From the IMG/VR virus record IMGVR_UViG_3300043933_000129: a DNA stretch of 16,517 bases; one strand, written 5' to 3'. The position numbers and the translations under genes were made by a program. This DNA is from a virus. The notes beneath the pieces were generated by a model, which saw only the letters and a list, made by a program, of their open reading frames with translations, was not told the origin of the DNA and ran no database searches. Shown piece by piece: positions 15,092 through 16,517 of the stretch (position 1 is the first letter of the stretch; each line of letters opens with the position of its first letter).

Positions 15092-15274
15092 TTATGCCCT
15101 TATAGTTATAACAAGAATATTATCATTCAATGTAATATTATAAACATGACTTTCATAGTACTTATAAGGTATATCTTTAAGTATACCGTTATATAAAATG
15201 GTATAAGTTCTAAAATTGTATAACTGTATGTATTCTACACCATGAATTATACTAAATAAATCTTGTAGTTTCAT
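15092..15274 (-). CDS. Hypothetical early protein (60 aa), paralog of 15352..15546
   Basis: The start is moved to ATG 15274, which follows AAAGGAGCTGAAAAAAGT. A gap-free alignment to the 64-aa neighbour gives about 14 identities in 44 positions, including R-T..IL..G...DIP..Y....V. Confidence 0.65.
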   Translation of the reverse strand: MKLQDLFSIIHGVEYIQLYNFRTYTILYNGILKDIPYKYYESHVYNITLNDNILVITIRA

Positions 15275-15325
15275 ACTTTTTTCAGCTCCTTTCATTCTTT
15301 GCTATATTCAATTGTAAAAACCTAT

Positions 15326-15344
15326 GCGTGGACTTGCACCACGC
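15326..15344 (-). terminator. GC hairpin with loop UGCAAGU followed by a U5 tract (attenuator candidate)
   Basis: Stem GCGTGG/CCACGC (6 bp) with a 7-nt loop. The minus-strand RNA continues AUAGGUUUUUA. It lies between the two paralogous small genes. Confidence 0.45.
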
Positions 15345-15351
15345 TGTACGC

Positions 15352-15546
15352 TTAGGATATAATTAATACAATCTCTGATATTGTCTTAGACAGTGCGCAA
15401 GACATAGCAACTGTCACATTATAATTTAAATATTCTAATGGAATATCACGAACTACCCCTTTCCATAATATTTTTTGTGTTCTTGCGTCCTGCAATACTA
15501 CTTTCTGATTATCAAAAAATACTCGATACAAACTTTCTAATAACAT
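15352..15546 (-). CDS. Hypothetical early protein (64 aa), paralog of 15092..15274
   Basis: The ORF follows TAGAAAAGAGGTGAAATAAT and starts 1 nt after the p6-like B stop codon. Confidence 0.65.
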   Translation of the reverse strand: MLLESLYRVFFDNQKVVLQDARTQKILWKGVVRDIPLEYLNYNVTVAMSCALSKTISEIVLIIS

Positions 15547-15547
15547 A

Positions 15548-15829
15548 TTATTTCACCTCTTTTCTATTTTCGTCGAGTTCTACTGCATATTGCAAAAAAT
15601 CTTTTTCAGTGATACCATATAACTTTGATGTTTTCTCCGCATTTACAAGTTTTAAAAATTTTGCGCTATTGCTATAATCTATTGCAAACTGTTTTTCGAT
15701 ATCCTTATCACTTAAATCCCCAATATAAGACTCGTTTAAGGTTATAACCTCGTTTGTATCAAGATTAAAAGCCATAATCTCTGCATTTGTTATTACGATT
15801 GTTCTTGTTATCATTTTTTCTTTTCTCAT
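15548..15829 (-). CDS. Histone-like dsDNA-binding protein, phi29 p6-like (paralog B)
   Basis: The track N-terminus is trimmed to ATG 15829, which follows AACGGAGACAAAAAATT. The product is 93 aa. MITRTIVIT, SYIGDLSDKD and KLYGITEKDFLQYA follow the same pattern as paralog A (roughly a quarter identical by eye) and as phi29 p6 as I recall it. Confidence 0.55.
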   Translation of the reverse strand: MRKEKMITRTIVITNAEIMAFNLDTNEVITLNESYIGDLSDKDIEKQFAIDYSNSAKFLKLVNAEKTSKLYGITEKDFLQYAVELDENRKEVK

Positions 15830-15875
15830 AATTTTTTGTCTCCGTTTCTTTTTATGCTTGTTTATTTTGTTACTT

Positions 15876-15923
15876 ACTGATATTACTATCAGTGATACAA
15901 GGGAGTCGGAGTTGCACCGACTC
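15876..15923 (-). promoter_or_regulatory. Two adjacent stem-loops upstream of p6-like gene B
   Basis: The perfect inverted repeat ACTGATA-TTAC-TATCAGT is at 15876-15893. A GC hairpin GAGTCGG/CCGACTC is at 15903-15923 and has the loop UGCAACU on the minus strand. No U-tract follows. Confidence 0.5.
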
Positions 15924-15930
15924 AACTATC

Positions 15931-16251
15931 TTAGATAGTCCAAAACTCTTGTCTTGTTTTTGTTATATATAGGTAACCGATTAATTCATCTACCTTATTA
16001 TACACCTCAATGCCTATTGTAAAAAACCTAACATTATATGATAATATTGTAAGTCTACCATAACCATAGCCAGAATTAGACTCATCTTTAAGTTCTGTAA
16101 GCCATTTATACCAGTCGTCATATATTTCTCTCTTTATTGAGCTACATTTGACATAGCAATCATTCAAAGTCCTATATTTCAAGTCGTGTACTTCAACTTT
16201 TAACTTTTTCATTTCAAAAGTCCTATTATTCAATTCTATATATTGTTTCAT
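15931..16251 (-). CDS. Hypothetical early protein (106 aa), first gene from the right end
   Basis: The track start at 16260 is the GTG of the RBS AAAGGTG. The ATG at 16251 (MKQYIEL...) has correct spacing. Confidence 0.65.
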   Translation of the reverse strand: MKQYIELNNRTFEMKKLKVEVHDLKYRTLNDCYVKCSSIKREIYDDWYKWLTELKDESNSGYGYGRLTILSYNVRFFTIGIEVYNKVDELIGYLYITKTRQEFWTI

Positions 16252-16260
16252 ACTATACAC

Positions 16261-16303
16261 CTTTAGTACTCTTTAAGTACCCCTTTCCTTTATCTTTAAG
16301 TAC
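16261..16303. repeat. Three copies of CTTTA(A)GTAC (minus strand GTACTTAAAG) in the leader of the first early gene
   Basis: The copies are at 16261-16269 (one A shorter), 16271-16280 and 16294-16303. A TATAAT on the minus strand lies immediately upstream at 16309-16304. Confidence 0.85.
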
Positions 16304-16336
16304 ATTATAAGGGTCAGATGTGAACAGCGTATGACC

Positions 16337-16365
16337 AAATTGTAAACAAATTGTGAACATTTTAT
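16337..16365. repeat. Tandem 11-nt repeat AAATTGTAAAC/AAATTGTGAAC plus the shared 18-nt element
   Basis: The units are at 16337-16347 and 16348-16358. 16348-16365 matches 14418-14435 at 17/18 positions. Confidence 0.9.
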
Positions 16366-16378
16366 ATGTTACTATAGT
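16351..16378 (+). promoter_or_regulatory. Possible outward-facing promoter near the right end
   Basis: TTGTGA (16351-16356), a 16-nt spacer, then TATAGT (16373-16378). A second set lies one repeat unit upstream: TTGTAA (16340-16345), 17 nt, then TATATG (16363-16368). ACTATAGT is palindromic, so the -10-like box also reads on the minus strand. Confidence 0.25.
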
Positions 16379-16410
16379 ACTAAGTTAGGCATAACTAACT
16401 TCGCGCACTC

Positions 16411-16506
16411 ACGGTACCACGCTGACGTGCTAACGCTGTACCACTGCAACGCGTCACCAGTTTACCACTGTGAAGTGCATGGGGTGTACCGAAAATCTCG
16501 ACGTTC
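16411..16506. repeat. Degenerate 24-bp tandem repeat x4 with an invariant TACC core, running into the right ITR
   Basis: GTACCAC is at 16414 and 16438, TTACCAC at 16462 and GTACCGA at 16486, so the spacing is exactly 24, 24 and 24 bp. Units 1 and 3 share 13/16 positions after the core start (TACCAC..TGA.GTGC). Confidence 0.85.
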
Positions 16507-16517
16507 GAAACCACCCC
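16485..16517. repeat. Right inverted terminal repeat
   Basis: Exact reverse complement of nt 1-33. Confidence 0.95.

Noticed and set aside
13306-15677. Track ORFs 13306..13488-, 13633..13824+ and 15438..15677+
   Set aside because: These are shadow frames of the SSB-like, p6-like A, and 64-aa / p6-like B genes. They have no RBS.
16411-16506. Possible CRISPR-like array, because of regularly spaced repeats
   Set aside because: The units are contiguous 24-bp degenerate repeats without unique spacers, there are only four of them, and the array runs into the ITR. This is not CRISPR architecture.
16497-16517. tRNA-like T-loop motif (GTTCGAAAC...CCACCCC) at the genome end
   Set aside because: The bases flanking TTCGAAA (CGACG / CCACC) cannot form a T-stem, and there is no acceptor or anticodon arm. 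TTCGAA is simply a palindrome within the ITR.
16385-16517. Right-terminal GC-rich segment as the pRNA gene
   Set aside because: Hand folding gave only local 4-6 bp helices plus one 11-bp imperfect dyad. There was no closing helix and no junction. The exact 24-bp phasing fits a dsDNA protein-binding array better. I keep it only as a low-priority alternative under the outward-promoter finding.

Overview
The window appears to be one complete linear genome (16,517 bp) of a small phi29-like, protein-primed podophage. The sequence is visibly AT-rich and uses GGAGG/GGTGA-type ribosome-binding sites, which suggests a low-GC Gram-positive, Clostridia-like host; that is an inference. It is bounded by exact 33-bp inverted terminal repeats that begin 5'-GGGG.

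All genes but one lie on the minus strand. From the right end inward there are two early modules of small ORFs, each containing a phi29 p6-like histone-like gene. These are followed by a phi29 gp5-like SSB, a putative terminal protein, a protein-primed family-B DNA polymerase and four small ORFs. That unit ends at a bidirectional terminator near 9900.

The packaging ATPase (8738..9778) is the only plus-strand gene. It diverges from the late operon at a pair of overlapping, near-consensus extended -10 promoters. The late operon runs holin, NlpC/P60 endolysin, lysozyme-like hydrolase, scaffold, major capsid with a C-terminal Ig-like domain, tail knob, portal, lower collar, a small tail protein and a beta-helix tail fibre, ending at a terminator at 52..83.

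I found no tRNA, rRNA, CRISPR, integrase or repressor. Many ORF-track N-termini start at GTG/TTG inside the Shine-Dalgarno sequence, so I trimmed them to the ATG behind the RBS. I also added three small RBS-preceded ORFs that fall below the track cutoff.

The most interesting non-coding signals are:
- a 113-nt structured element between the ATPase stop codon and its terminator, which hand-folds into a phi29 pRNA-like three-way junction;
- a GC-rich right terminus carrying four (G/T)TACC motifs spaced exactly 24 bp apart, which is the known phi29 p6 binding periodicity;
- an 18-nt element with 11-bp tandem half-sites shared by the two largest non-coding regions;
- two GC hairpins with different stems but the same UGCAASU loop.

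All homology statements rest on my recollection of phi29 protein sequences and motifs. No search or folding program was run.
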